Notes under the pieces: generated by a model
The model's input: the letters and a program-made list of their open reading frames with translations, nothing else
The model's database searches: none
What the model was told of the DNA's origin: nothing
NCBI GenBank assembly: GCA_964016885.1
Contig: OZ024741.1
Span: forward strand, 135,904,001-135,968,000
Source of the DNA: Eledone cirrhosa
Lineage: Eukaryota
DNA: 64,000 nt
Direction of reading: 5' to 3'
Program-made: the position numbers and the translations under genes
Shown: in pieces, positions 42,588-58,633 of the stretch
How the letters are laid out: the number at the start of each line of letters is the position of its first letter
How positions within the stretch are numbered: position 1 is the first letter of the stretch

Positions 42588-42820
42588 TATATATATAATA
42601 TATATATATATATATTTATTATATATGTATATATATTTATAGGTATATATATATCTATATATCTATATAAAGATAAAGTGATAATTTTATTTCTCGCTCT
42701 AGCACAACTGATACATAAAAGTATGTATGCATTTGCACACATACACACACACAGACATATATATATATATACACATACATACATATATTCATATGTACGT
42801 ATGGGTTATATCAAACATTA

Positions 42821-42921
42821 ATAATTGTTTCTACTTTTGGCACAAGGCCAGTAATTATGTCAGTGTATTACTGGTACTTTATTTTATCTACCCCGTAAGG
42901 ATGAAAGGCAAAGTTACGCCC
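42821..42921 (-). mobile_element. SINE family A, partial
   Basis: Tail and core only, inserted in the same host repeat as 31759. Confidence 0.8.
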
Positions 42922-43050
42922 TAATAATAATGTTCGATTCGTTTGTAAACAAACGAGGCGGATTACAAACGAATCGAACATTATTATTAATGTTCCATAC
43001 AACCCATACGTACATATGTAAATATATGTGTGTATATATACAGATATGTT

Positions 43051-43088
<38 letters not shown>

Positions 43089-43174
43089 GCCAAATGAATT
43101 AACTATTCAGATATAAAAGATACAGAAGCGAAAACCAACCAAACAGTGAGTGTGTTCTGTTATTATTTCTGGCA

Positions 43175-43275
<101 letters not shown>

Positions 43276-43640
43276 AATATATATATATATATATATATAT
43301 AGGGGGGTGGCATATGCATACTTACTTTTAGATATCGGCTGTGCCAGAGCGAGAAATAAAATTCGTATTTTATTTTTAATATTCGGCAAAACCAGCCGCA
43401 ACTCGCTCGCTATGCAAACTAGGCTATTCACCCAATATATACATTTTCAAACGTTCAACACATTGGCAAAAATGTATACAGTCCCTGGTGAAGGGTAATG
43501 ACCCAGAAACATGTTGATTATTCTTCAAAGCCAGTGTTGAACAAACAGGTGACAATCGGTCACCGGCATGGCACAGCTTCTAATCGGGCTTGTTCGATAT
43601 AACCCATACGTACATATGTATATGTATGTACGTGTGTATA

Positions 43641-43697
<57 letters not shown>

Positions 43698-44018
43698 TCA
43701 GAGCACCAATTCTAATTTTAATATATATATATATATATGTAAATATAAGAGGTAAACAGAAATAACAACACAATCTCTACAGTATATGGAAGGAATATGT
43801 TAGGTTAACGCTTGAGAAAGTAGGAATAGATTCTTGACATTTCGGACGATAGTCCTTCACCAGAAGAAAGAATTAAGAGAGCTTGAAGGGACGGGCGGGG
43901 TGGAATTGGAAAAATGTCTTGAGATGAAAAATTACCGGTCCGTTTATGTTGACATCTCTTGTCTGTTTGTGCGTATGCATACTTACTTTTATATATGTAT
44001 ATATGTATATATGTATAT

Positions 44019-44103
<85 letters not shown>

Positions 44104-44249
44104 ATATTTTATATATATATATATATATATGCATATGTAAACATATATATATGTACATATATATATGTGTATGTGTGTGTATATATATATATATACATGT
44201 ATATATCTATATCTATATCTACATTTATATATGTACATAATAGATATCT

Positions 44250-44587
44250 GCCTCATACTGGCCTCGACGTCGTGGAGTTTGTTAGCTTCGTCATATACCT
44301 GGGCTCGACAGTCACCAGCAATGGTGACCTGACCATCGAGATCTACCGATAATGTGGTCTGGCCCCCGGGGTCAGGCACTCGCGCAGGCCATGCACTAAA
44401 TGGCTGGTTGTAATTAAAATAGATTTCCAGACGCTCGACGTCACCTTGGAGGATGCAGAGGGGCTGGCAGCGGACTGCTAGCGAGGGAGTGCGCTGGTAG
44501 GCCTGGTTGGCTCTCCACACTATGGCAAGAAGAAGAAGAAGAAGAAGAAGAAGAAGAAGAAGAAGAAGAAGAAGAAGAAGAAGAAGA
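44250..44587 (+). pseudogene. RTE-clade LINE fragment with internal deletion and (AAG)n tail
   Basis: [30 protein letters not shown] joined to [31 protein letters not shown], then (AAG)n at 44528-44587. Confidence 0.72.
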
Positions 44588-45014
44588 ATATTCTTGCCAT
44601 TGTGCTGATAACTATAATAATAATTGATAACACACTACAATTGTTAAATAAACCGGGTAAAGTACCTATGGAGATGATTAGAAGAGGATAATGACGCTCA
44701 TGTCTATACCTTTATCTCTATCCATCCCTCTCACGTTCTTTCGCTCTAATTTTATTGGTATATTTATTCACATGCTTACAACCGATTAATGCGGTTTCAT
44801 CAAAGCGAGTTGGCGGTTCGCTAAGCTTCAAATATAAAGTGTTAGAATATTTGAACTTAGCTTGTAACGAAATTTGCAATTAAAGATTGGATATAAAAAT
44901 CTCTCTCCGATTCTTTTCACGTAATTCTCTCCCTGGCGCTTTCTCTCACTCTTACTTGTCACTTTTTCTTTGCATATATCTCTGTACTTTCGTTGTCGTT
45001 ATACATACATCACA

Positions 45015-45141
<127 letters not shown>

Positions 45142-45397
45142 TTAGCTTAAAAAATGCAAAATATCAAACGCAGGAAATATTGAGGAAGTGACTTCAAGTA
45201 TAGTCTTGGGTTAACCAATGCCTACCTGTAAATATATATATATTTATATTTATATATATATCTATGTGTGTGTGTGTTTGTGTGCGTGTGATTGACTTTC
45301 CTGTCGTATATCAGCATGTATGGACTCAACAATCTTCTCAATTCAAATTTCTAATTTAATTCCTTAGATGTTATTTTAGTCCAGTTGCTGATTTACA

Positions 45398-46307
<910 letters not shown>

Positions 46308-46417
46308 GGTGTGTTCTGTTATATATATATATATGTGGGTGTGTTCTGTTATATATATATATATATGTGTGGGTGTGTTCTGTTATTATTTCATATCAAA
46401 AACCATGCAAAACAAAT

Positions 46418-46482
<65 letters not shown>

Positions 46483-46700
46483 ATATTTTATTTGTTTTGC
46501 ATGGTTTTTGATATGAAATAATAACAGAACACACCCACAGTGAGTGTGTTCTGTTATTATTTCCTATCAACAATATGAACCTCCCCAAATATAACAATAT
46601 ATATATTTCTTTTGCCAGGTTTTTTTATATGAAATCGTGTGTCGAAACAAAAATTGTTATACTTGGGGAGAGTCATATAGTTGTAATAATATTGCCAGAA

Positions 46701-46883
46701 ATAATTGTTTCTACTTTTGGCACAAGGCCAGCAATTACCCAGTGCATTACTGGTACTTTATTTTATCGACCCCGTAAGGATGAAAGGCAAAGTTAACCTC
46801 GGCGGGATTTGAACTCAGAATGGCAAGGGCCGTAACTCTATACGTCAAAGCATGGCGTCCGACCCTCTACCGATACTGCCAAT
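46701..46883 (-). mobile_element. SINE family A copy nested in another repeat
   Basis: Interrupts ...ATATTGCCAGAAATA|ATAACAGAACACACTCACTG, which is seen uninterrupted in reverse at 43145-43177. Confidence 0.87.
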
Positions 46884-47025
46884 AACAGAACACACTCACT
46901 GTTTGGTTGGTTTTCGCTTCTGTATATTTTATATCTCCATAGTTAATTCATTTGGTCATCAGTCAAAAAGAGAGATATAAATACATATATATAGTCTAAC
47001 AAAGTTTTTTCGTTGAACATAGTAG

Positions 47026-47069
47026 TACCACTGATGATGTTGCAGATGTGCAACGAAAGAACTTTGTTA
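47026..47069 (+). ncRNA. Hammerhead motif within a nested fold-back
   Basis: UACCA CUGAUGA U GUUGCA-GAUG-UGCAAC GAA A-GAAC-U U^ UGUUA (one stem I mismatch). Its 3' half is mirrored at ~46972-47015. Confidence 0.55.
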
Positions 47070-47250
47070 GACTATATATATGTATTTATATCTGTATTTT
47101 TTACCGTTGGTCAGTCAATGATAAACATTGATGACCAAATAAATTAACTATGGAGATTATAAAAGATACAGAAGCGAAAACCAGCCAGTGAGTGTGTTCT
47201 GTTACTATTTCTGGCAATATTATTACAACGATATGACCCGTCCCAAGTAT

Positions 47251-48181
<931 letters not shown>

Positions 48182-48193
48182 GTAGATAAATAG

Positions 48194-48378
48194 ATAATTG
48201 TTTCTACTTTTGGCACAAGGCCAGCAATTATCCCAGTACATTACTGGTACTTTATTTTATCGACCCCGTAAGGATGAAAGGCAAAGTAAACCTCGGCGGG
48301 ATTTGAACTCAGATCGTAAAGGGACGTAACTATGCTGGAAAGCATGGCCTCCGACCTTCTACCGATACTGCCAATCCC
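48194..48378 (-). mobile_element. SINE family A copy
   Basis: Near full length, variant internal segment CGTAAAGGGACGTAACTATGCTGG. Confidence 0.87.
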
Positions 48379-48939
48379 AACCATCGCAGCACGCCTTCGC
48401 TGCTTGTCTCCAGTGTTTCGTTGGCTTGTTCAGCCAGCTCCTCTTCATTCATGGCGACACGTCTTCGCCTCTGAAGTTCGGCGTCCCGATGGCGCTGTTC
48501 GGCCCGTTTTTCTTCATTCCTGGCTGCACGCCGTCGCCGCTGTTGTTCACTGTTTGATAAAGTCGAATTGATAGATAATGCATATATATACGTGTGTGTT
48601 ATTGTTTAATGCTTTGTATGTATGTATGTATATAGATATGTCTCTCTTAACTAAATAATGGTGATTATACAATCAACGATAAATCCCGTCCAAGCGCACT
48701 CCAGCATGGTCGCAGTCTTATGTCTGAAACCGTGAAAAATTAAAAGAAGAGATATGAATGTACATTTCATAAACAGCAGCTTTGTTATCAGTTAATACCA
48801 GCGACACCTGACGGCAGGTGAGTAAGAATAAATACGATATCTCTTAAAGAGACCCTTAACTATATATTATTATCTCTAAATTGTATTTACCATCTGTTGT
48901 AATAGTGAGTGATTCATCGCTGTCTCCCTCTCACATTCA

Positions 48940-49195
48940 TTCTCTCTCTCTCTCTTTCTCTCTCTTGCTTCTCTCTCTCTCTCTTGCTTCTCTCTCTCTT
49001 TCTCTCTCTTGGTTCTTTCTCTCTCACTTGCTTCTCTCTCTCTCTTGCTTCTCTCTCTCTCTTGCTTCCCTCTCTCTCTCTTGCTTCTCTCTCTTTCTTG
49101 CTTCTCTCACTTGCTTCTCTCTTTCTTTCTCCCTCTTGCTTCTCTCTCTCTCTTGCTTATCTCTCTCTTGCTTCTCTTTCTCTCTCCCTCTTGCT

Positions 49196-49227
<32 letters not shown>

Positions 49228-49270
49228 ATCTCTCTCTTTCTCCCCCTTGCCTCTCTCTCTCTCTCCTACT
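48940..49270. repeat. Polypyrimidine low-complexity repeat (CT)n/CTTGCTT
   Basis: Repeated TCTCTCTCTTGCTT units. Confidence 0.9.
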
Positions 49271-50014
49271 ATTACGATCCTTCTCTTGTTCCCTTTCTCC
49301 CTTCATCTCGCTCTTCTCCGTCTTTCTCTCTTCTCACCTCTCTCTATCCCTGGTGCTAAACGAAATTTCTGGAATAGTCGTCTTCGCTTTCTTTATATTC
49401 CTCCTCCTCCTCCTCCACCTCTTCCTCCCCCATTCGTTCTACCGCAGTGTACACTGTACTTTTGTGCACGTGACTCTTGGGATTTATATTAGATTCTCCC
49501 AACGCAGTGATTAAGTATAAATACAATTGTCATTTAATAATGCATGCTTACATACATAGAATTGTATGTATATATATATAAGGTGAGACAGAAGGAATAC
49601 ACCGCGGAAATACATCCACCGTATGGTTTGTGGTAGGAAACATTATTAAAACTGCTGGTGGAAAAGTCACGCAGGCTTTAAATGGAATTTATTAGCAACT
49701 TAAAACCACTGTGTTTAACAACGTAGCGGCTAAAATCTGATATCACAGTTCATGAAACATTTATAACGGTTTCCCTACTTAACTGCATTTGGATATTACT
49801 TTTAATTGAGGCAAGATAGAGAGAGAGAGGGTGGGAGGAACAGTGAGGGAAAGATAGAGGGAGAAAGAGGGCTAGAGTGGTGGCTGTGGTCTTGTGTTAG
49901 AACAAGAAAGTAAGATGCCGACAAACCGATATGATTTCCTACTGAAACCATATCTAACATCTATTTCTTTCTTCTTCTCCTCTCTCGCTCTCTATCTCTC
50001 TCTCGCTCTTTCTC

Positions 50015-50091
<77 letters not shown>

Positions 50092-51212
50092 TCATGGCTT
50101 CTTGTGTCCATTGGAAATCAATAATGTTGTATATTATATCTGTAGTGGCGATCGATATAATAAGATCTAGGAACAAAAATTTCGTTTGGATGACATCATT
50201 TAGTAACGCCTTCTTATGCTTTGAGTTCAATCTCCAGCCGACGTCCACTTCACTTATTTGTCTCTCCGAAATTAATACATACTGAAGCCTGTTTAATTCG
50301 ACATTCCTTAATTCGAAATTATTTAACGCACGGAATCATTATATTTTCTCTAATTATAGAAATAGTTATAAAACTTTGATCATTTACTTTTTAGTAAATG
50401 TGCCACGGGCGGCATCTTATTTGGCATTAATGGCAGCACCGGCTCTGTTTAAGGATAACATTTATTGCGTTACTAGGATTTATTAGAAATCAACTTATAT
50501 ATCATTTAATGGCGAATTGACTGAGGCATTGGAACATTGGATAGATAGTTTTGCGTCATTCATTCTGGCTTTTTCGGATCAATATTGTCTTTCATCCTTT
50601 CCAGATCGGTAAACAGTGTGCCAATTAAGTACTGGGATCGATTCTTTTCTGTCTCCTCTCTTTCTTTCCTTCTGAAAGAATTCGGTTCCAGCCTTAGATG
50701 GAAGGGGATGGGTTATGCAAGGTCTAGACGTCCATGGGGATATTTCTATGATTCAAACGGGATCTAAGAGAACAAGCGGGTAATATATTTATCTACTAGT
50801 GGATCTGTGTAATAAACAATAACAGAAAAAGAGTCCAACATTGGTATGTCATATATACCAGGATTACCGGATATACCAACAATCATACGAAAAATTGCGT
50901 TTTGATAAATTAATGGTTTGCATGAGAGAAACACTAGAGCTTATGTTAATTACTGTCACGTAGAAGTGATTAAAGCTAAGGATGATATTTTAATAGTTTA
51001 TTTCTACATTATCCTTACACAAAGATTCAACATATAAGTATAAGTATAAGGATTAAATGTCTTTGGAGAATCACTATTTACAAAAATAAAAGTAGGGTTA
51101 AAATTGAGGACCCTGTCTTTGAGCACTCAACATCTTATTGTACCAACATGAATGAGACAGAAAATGGTATGCAAATATTTGTATGTATACATTTTACACA
51201 CCTATATATATA

Positions 51213-51245
<33 letters not shown>

Positions 51246-51579
51246 GCGATGGTTTCTATGCCTTTGGCATTTTATCGATCTAAATCCCCGTTACGTATGT
51301 ATGTATGTATGAAGGCATATATATATATATATATAACGAAGGAAGTGTGATAAGGAACCAGGTGGACCATAACGCACCAGAGTACTCGATACTTAGGGTA
51401 GTAGAGTGGGTAATAGGAAAAGAGTCAGGACCCCGACGGCTGAGCTCCGACCGTTTCGACAGCTTGGTCTGAACTAAAGCAGTAGTGTCAGGACGGTAGT
51501 AGTCTAGCTGAACTTATCAAGGGGTAATTCCATATATGAGCATGCCATGAGAGGGCAGTAGTATTATTATCATATCTAA

Positions 51580-51698
51580 GGGCGTTGGATTGGCAGTATC
51601 GGTAGAGGGTCGGACGCCATGCTTTGCAGCAAAGAATTACGGCCCTTTATGGTCTGAGTTCAAATCCCGCCGAGGTTAACTTTGCCTTTCATCCTTTC
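51580..51698 (+). mobile_element. SINE family A, 3'-truncated
   Basis: A box, B box GAGTTCAAATCC and the start of the core. Confidence 0.82.
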
Positions 51699-52486
51699 AT
51701 GTCTATCACGGGGAGTGGTCAAAGAATTTGTAAACACAGTTAAATTCATCATGGTGACGGGTGGGTGTTGGGTGGCTGAACTTGCCTGTAGAACAAGGGG
51801 AGGGAGTAAGATGACAATCTGGCCTGTGGCTGCAGGCCAGTCATGCGTTAAGAGAGAATTCTATACAGCCACCTCTAAAGGGGGTGAATAACGTATGAAA
51901 AAACAAGGAATATCGGAGTATTAATAGGTCAAGCGTTAGCTAGAAAGCAAAGATATATATTTTAATACAAAATTCCAAATTAATAAGAATTTAGCGATTA
52001 GTTCGTCCAATACACTAAAACAGCATCCCAAGGCAGTAATTTATCAAAATTATCGTCCGTAGTGATGCACCCTCCTCAAAAGAGAAAACACTGGCAATAT
52101 GTTCGGCCGGTGACATATATATTTAACAGGAGTGGAAATTCTAGCGTTAATCTAGGAAAGAATGAAGCTGCATATAATAGTGTAGATAAGTGATGAGCTG
52201 CCTAAGTGTAATTAGAGTGTGTAACTAATGAAGAAAAGTAAGAGAAGATAAAGGGGAAGAAATAAGAAAAATAGAAAATTTCTACTTCTACCAAAGTAAG
52301 ATTGATGTTTCCTCTATCTTAGTCTGCGAATAGGAAAAAAAGTTACAGTCGAAGTCTACCCAGCCGGGTCGCGAGGGTGTCTGAAGGTAAGGTATGTCCT
52401 ACTACTACCGTCCTGACAATACTGCGTTATTTCAGACCTAGCTGTCGAAAGGGCCGGAGGTCAGCAGTCGGGGTCCTGACTCTTTT

Positions 52487-52591
<105 letters not shown>

Positions 52592-52944
52592 ATACGTATA
52601 TATGTATTGTCTATTATTATGTCTGACATTTTAAAATTCTTGAAAAATAGCACCTTTCTTATAGGTTATCTGTCGAAAAAGGGTGTGTATGTGATTGTAT
52701 ATATGTTTGTCTCTGTGTGTATGCGCGTGGTGTGTCCTCGCGCGTATGTATGTGTATCCATATTCTGTGTTGACATTTACTCTTCGTCAATGCCCCGTAA
52801 ATTTTCGGTTCAACAAAAAGGGGCCGATAAATTAAGTGCCAAACATGACAGAAGATGTACTGTGGTCGATATGATTGAGTAAATCCCGTCGTGGTGCCGT
52901 CTACATAGTCCACACCGTCAAATAGTTGAAACAATTAAAGGGGC

Positions 52945-53780
52945 ATCGCCCCTGCATGGCCGCAGTCTAATGAATGAAACCAATTAAAAAACAGTGCCCC
53001 AGTATGATCACAGTCTAATATCTGAAACCAGTAAAAGAACAGTGCTCCAGTATGACCCGAGTATAATGAGTGAAACCAGTAAAACGACAACAGTGCCTCT
53101 AAATGGACACAGCCAAATGGTAGAAACCAGTAAAAGACCAGTGCCCCAGCATCGCCACAGTCTAATGTATTAAACTAGTAAAAGAACAGTGCCTAGTATG
53201 GCCATTGTCGTGTCCACAGTCTAATAACAACAACCAATAAAAGAACAGTGCCCTGGTATGGCCACAGTCAAATGGCTGAAATCATTAACAGAACAGAGCA
53301 CCAGTATGGCCACATGCAAATGACTGATACCAGTAAAAGAAACAGTGTTCCAATATGGCCACTGTCAAATGACGGAAGCCAGTAAAAGAAAGAGTGTTCC
53401 AATATAGACACAGTCAAATGACGGAAGCCAATAAAAGAACAATGCCCCAGTTTGGTCACAGACTAATGTCTGAGACCATTTAAAGGACAGTGTCCGAGCA
53501 TGATCTCAGGCTAATGTCTGAGACTTGTAAAAGGTCAGTGCCCCAGCATTGTCAGAGACTAATGTCTGAGACTTGTAAAAGGCCAGTGCCCCAGCATGAT
53601 CACAGACTAATGTCTGAGACTTGTAAAAGGTCAGTGCTCCAGGAAGGTCACAGGCTAGGGTCTGAGACTTATAAAAAATCAGTGCCCCAGCATGGTCACA
53701 GATTAATGTCTGAGATTTGTAAAAGTTAAGTGCCCCAGCATGGTCACAGACAAATGTCTGAGAGCAGTTAAAGGATAAAA
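52945..53780 (+). repeat. 48-bp minisatellite (~17 units) derived from a SINE-tail-like sequence
   Basis: Unit AGTGCCCCAGCATGGTCACAGACTAATGTCTGAGACTTGTAAAAGGTC at e.g. 53681 and 53729. A single-copy homolog lies at 48697-48750. Confidence 0.9.
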
Positions 53781-55696
53781 GAATAATAGTATAAAGGAAT
53801 AGTTAATATGGTCGGATGTTATAAAATGTCTGCTACATGACCGTCCTTAATCGAACAACGTATCGATTCCTCGTGCCAATTATTCAGGAGAGATTTCAGT
53901 CAATCGATCCCCAGTAGATTATTGTTCCTATATATCGATTATCATTGTTTTTGTTTGTTAGTTCTGATCGATGTGGCATGACGCCCCCCCCCCCCCTCCC
54001 CCCCACCACTTTTTATTTCCAGTCAATAGTGTGTAATTTGAAGAAAATATCATTACTATTTCTAGCAGGATAAGTCATTATGTAGAGGCTTCATGGTTAG
54101 CTCGACAAACATATAGAATATAGAAAAATGATTTCTAACACGCAATTGGCGGTTTCTGCGTCGGTTAGAAAGATTAGCATTCGGATGTTTGATCACTTGA
54201 AGGTGCACCTGGCTGAATAATTCACAGACGTCTCTATATACCTTCGTTTTTTTTGGCCAGCAACGTAAAATTGTATGTCTTGCTTAAGGATTTAACGAGC
54301 CACCGCGAACCGAAGTTACGGCCTTACGACCATGAGCCCAACACACTAACCACTAAACCAAATGTCTCTAGCGTTTTGAAGTTAATCAGCTATTATAGAG
54401 AAACACACAAACAAATATTACAATCTCCTATTAAAAAAAGCTACAAAACAAAACATCAACTAATATCTCGCTAATAAATGGAGAGAAAAAATGTAATTCT
54501 ATCCAGTGTACATATCATTACTTTTGTCTTGGCTGGTTGTTTGTTCCGACATTTTATATTCTGGCGATATCAGCATTACAATTGATCTGTATAATTTCTC
54601 TCCAAACTTATGACTCACATCACTCACTACACCACTACATCAGAAAGTAGTTGCAACCAACTAATCTAGGTTGCTGTATCAACTGACAAGCCATAATTGC
54701 AGCCTAAAACAGCGGTTCGGTGTTTTCAAAGTCAGACGCTATAAATTTATTCCATTGAATCACACATTTTATCATTTTTATTTTATTTTGTCTTTTTGTT
54801 TGTTTCGTTAAATTTATTGCTGCTCTTTGCCGCCAAAATCCTAGCTGAAGAGTTACCTCTAATTAGGCATCTTTATGCAAATATTTTCTTGTCCTTCACA
54901 ATTTATTGGTTAGACTTTTACTTTGATGTTCCTCCAGTAATGCTGTTGGGCTTTTTATCAGTGATTTCTTGCTCGTTATTACACAAGCTTTGAAAATTAC
55001 ATCTCTTCTGCTATTTTTATTCCTAACTGCACGCTAGAATCGGCTGAAAATGGCTATCACGGCAAAAATGACAAAGTTTTATTGTTTCACACGTTCGTAA
55101 AAGAGAGCCAAAGCCGTTTTGAACATTTAATGTTCTCATACATTTGACAGATGTATCCAAATGAAATATGTCATACATTTCTAATGCTATAAATTTTTCC
55201 ACGCATAAAAAGCTAACTCCTTTGATATGTATAATGCGATAGGGGATCAATTTGATGCAATACACTTTTTGACAGCCTTCGCTAAAATTATGTATAAAGA
55301 ACACTGTAGATAGAAATCGATAGAAACGAAAGCGATAATTACATGGGTACATTCACTTCTATATCTACATTTTAAATGGTCAAAAAATCACATATCCGAA
55401 TCATTTGCTTTGATATCTATTCATTAATGCTGAATTTGTTTTATCGATTTTATTTTAAGTTCTATTTTAAATTGAATCGCCATCATTTATTGCTATTTTG
55501 CGCTCCAATTTTATATCGGGTTCTTTTAAAATTAATTCACTGTATGATTATTTCTTTCATGATATTTTGGGTGAGTCTAAAGTTTGTTTATATATATATA
55601 TATACACACACACATATATATTTATATGTATGTGTGTGTTTAAGTATATATATGCGTGTATTTATATGTCTATATACGTATGTATACACCCCCCCC

Positions 55697-55759
<63 letters not shown>

Positions 55760-56858
55760 GTGTGTGTATATTTACATATGATAAAATATACACGTTAGTG
55801 AATCAAGTTGAAGTCTGAAATCATTAACCAAACCTTGAAAGTCTAAATCTATTTATTTGAATTTCGATCTTACCCGATACTTTTCATGATGTATTTTAAG
55901 CTATATTTATGTTAAATTGCGTACTAAGTAGAGGAGGTATACTATCAATATATATCTGTAGAACCAAATACTACGGGATTTAATCGAAAATGAAAGAAAT
56001 GTACTTGTAAACACGTCTTATTTACGCATTTCTTCGTAGATTGAAAAACAGCTTGGCTAAAATTTCAGTTCTAATTGAAACTACCTTCAGAGGTTATGTA
56101 TAACACTTACAATCCTCAAAAAGAAATACGTTATGAATGGCTTCATAAACCCATTAAATATGGCAACAACAGCGAACTGTGTTTATCAATTTGCATGATT
56201 TTAGTGTTTATGCTGGTAGATAATTCAATTATATTACGTTGTACACTAAGCAATCGAAGGATGCTATAAATATATATCTTTATGTATAATCACTACTGGA
56301 TTTAACCAAAGCAGCGAGAAATTATTATATGAACACAAACATAGATATGTAAATATGATTTATTTACGCATTTCTTCGTAGATTGAAATCAATTAAGGGC
56401 ACTAACAATATGCAAATTGGTAACATCAGTTTACTGTTGCTGTCACATTTGATGGGTTTATAAAGCTTTTAATGAAGACGCCTAGCTTGGGTTTAAGGTG
56501 TTGATCGCATGTTCATTAAATTTTGGATTTAATTCCTCGTCTTAGCAGTGCGTTGTATTCTTGTGTAAGATTCTTCATACCAAGTCCCACCTTCTTCCAG
56601 GAATTGCGACCGACAGCACTGTTAACAACGGAAGGTCCAATGGAAACACTGTCTACTTTGTCCAAACTGACAATCGGCTCATTTGCTTTTTTATAAGGCG
56701 TTTCTCTGGGGCTTGTAAATGATGTCCATGGTCGCTAAAGATGGTTCTATCTACACCCAAAGCTTGAGTCAATCTATGGAGGGATACGCAGATAACATTG
56801 TAAAAATTTCAAACACTCACAGCCCTTCGTAAAGTTAAGATACATTTATATATATATA

Positions 56859-57045
56859 TTAGTAAAAAGGAAAAGAAAATGCTGACAAATTTTTCCCAGT
56901 GGAAAATAGTTTAATTAGGAATAAGTATAAATTAGTAATTAGTATTGGTTAGTATTCAGTTTTAGTTTTAAGTTTTTACCGGTTGCGCATTTCTAATGAT
57001 TTTCAAAAATAAATTTGAGATAGAGCGCTCGTGATGTTTGCTCTA
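56859..57045. repeat. Interspersed (TA)n-anchored repeat, reverse copy with fold-back at 42281-42515
   Basis: AAAAGGAAAAGAAAATGCTGACAAATTTTTCCCAGTG...GAGCGCTCGTGATGTTTGCTCT matches 42329-42515 in reverse. Confidence 0.85.
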
Positions 57046-57453
57046 ACTGATCAGTTTTGGAAATTCTTCCTGTTTTATGTGAAAAAAGTGGCTCCAGAGG
57101 TATTAAGATTTGGTTGGTTGTTGAATGTCACGTGAATAAGTATTATAAATTTCGCGCCATTTCGTGTTGCAAAAATTCTTGTAGTCAAAATAATTTTGAT
57201 TGGTCGGTAGAGGTCACGTGAATGTTAAAAATTGATTTTAGCGCGAACTGGTTTGGCGCCAAATGTAGGTTTGTCGAAGAGTGTCCTTTGTCGCTTGATT
57301 GAGTTGCAGTCGTGTTGAGAAGTCACTGAAAAACATGTCTATTAAGACAAATATGTGTGTATGTGTGTGTAGTAAAGAGGTTTATTGCTGTGATAATGGT
57401 CAGTAGGGATGTGTCAGTTGAAAGGTCAACAGTTCAGGTGTCTATTAAGACAA

Positions 57454-57498
<45 letters not shown>

Positions 57499-57839
57499 TG
57501 TGTGTGTGCGTGTGCGTGCGTGTGTGCGTGTGTGTGTGTGCGCGCCCTAATAAGCTTGAAACTAGTACATCGTTCCTTTGTCAGTGTTGAACAAAAGGGC
57601 AACGATGGTTGCTAAACACTGTACGGCTTATTTCGGGATGTTTGTTTACAAACAAACCGAGCATTATAATAAATGCCCTTAAATCCATACGTACATATAT
57701 ATATATGTGTGCATGTATGTATATATATATACACACACTACTGTACGTCTGTATACATATATGTATGTACGTGTACATACTTATATTTAAGTAACAGCCG
57801 TACCAAGAGTGAGAAATGAAATTTCGTTTCATTTTTTCC

Positions 57840-57883
<44 letters not shown>

Positions 57884-58446
57884 ATATTGGTGAGAAGAAT
57901 ACTGCTGGTTGCACATGGATAACATGTTATAAAATGAGTCCCTCATCAGTGATTTACCAAACGATCATGGGTATTTCATCGCATTAAAAATCATATACCT
58001 CACGTTGGAGCGATAATAACTAAAATAAGTTATTAGGACAATAAAAACGCGTAAAGCGAGTGAGACAAGTAAACAACACAGGGGGAAGCTAACCGAAGAT
58101 GGAAATAAACACAAGCTACATAGTTATTCTTTCAGCATATGTGTGTGTATATAAATGTGTCTTAACCTTACGAATTATCGAAGCGCTGTCAGTGTTTGAA
58201 ATCTTTTACAAAGTCAGAATCCCAAATGCAAAAAATAACTGTGATAACTGTCGAGCACTATAGATAATAGTTGCGAAAATAGGGTAAATTAGAAAATATG
58301 TGTGACAAGACCGACAGTTTGATTAACAGTTATAACTAATTGTTTTCGGCACGAGAGGCCATGTGCCATGCTAAAATATACAGGTATGTATGGAACTCAC
58401 TACTGGTAAACGAAGTCCTTCTCTACTATGAAGTAACTACACTTAA

Positions 58447-58633
58447 TAATTGTTTCTACTTTGGGCACAAGGCCAGCAATTACCCAGTACATTACTGGTA
58501 CTTTATTTTATCGACCCCGTAAGGATGAAAGGCAAAGTTAACCTCGGCGGGATTTGAATTCAGACTGTAAAGGGACGTTACTATGCTAGAAAGCATGGCG
58601 TCCAACCCTCTACCGATACTGTCAATTCACCGC
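58447..58633 (-). mobile_element. SINE family A with TSD
   Basis: TSD ACTTAATAATT at 58441-58451 and 58637-58647. Confidence 0.87.

Noticed and set aside
48881-49514. Ser/Leu-rich ORFs of ~200 aa
   Set aside because: Translation of a CT-rich low-complexity tract.
50800-51150. Possible degenerate LINE RT (QGSSILTLLLFL...LALITS), minus strand
   Set aside because: YADD is not recoverable and it is too decayed to call.
56985-57040. CUAAUGA...GAGCGCUC as a hammerhead
   Set aside because: G5 and GAAA are missing in both copies, so the fold is not convincing.
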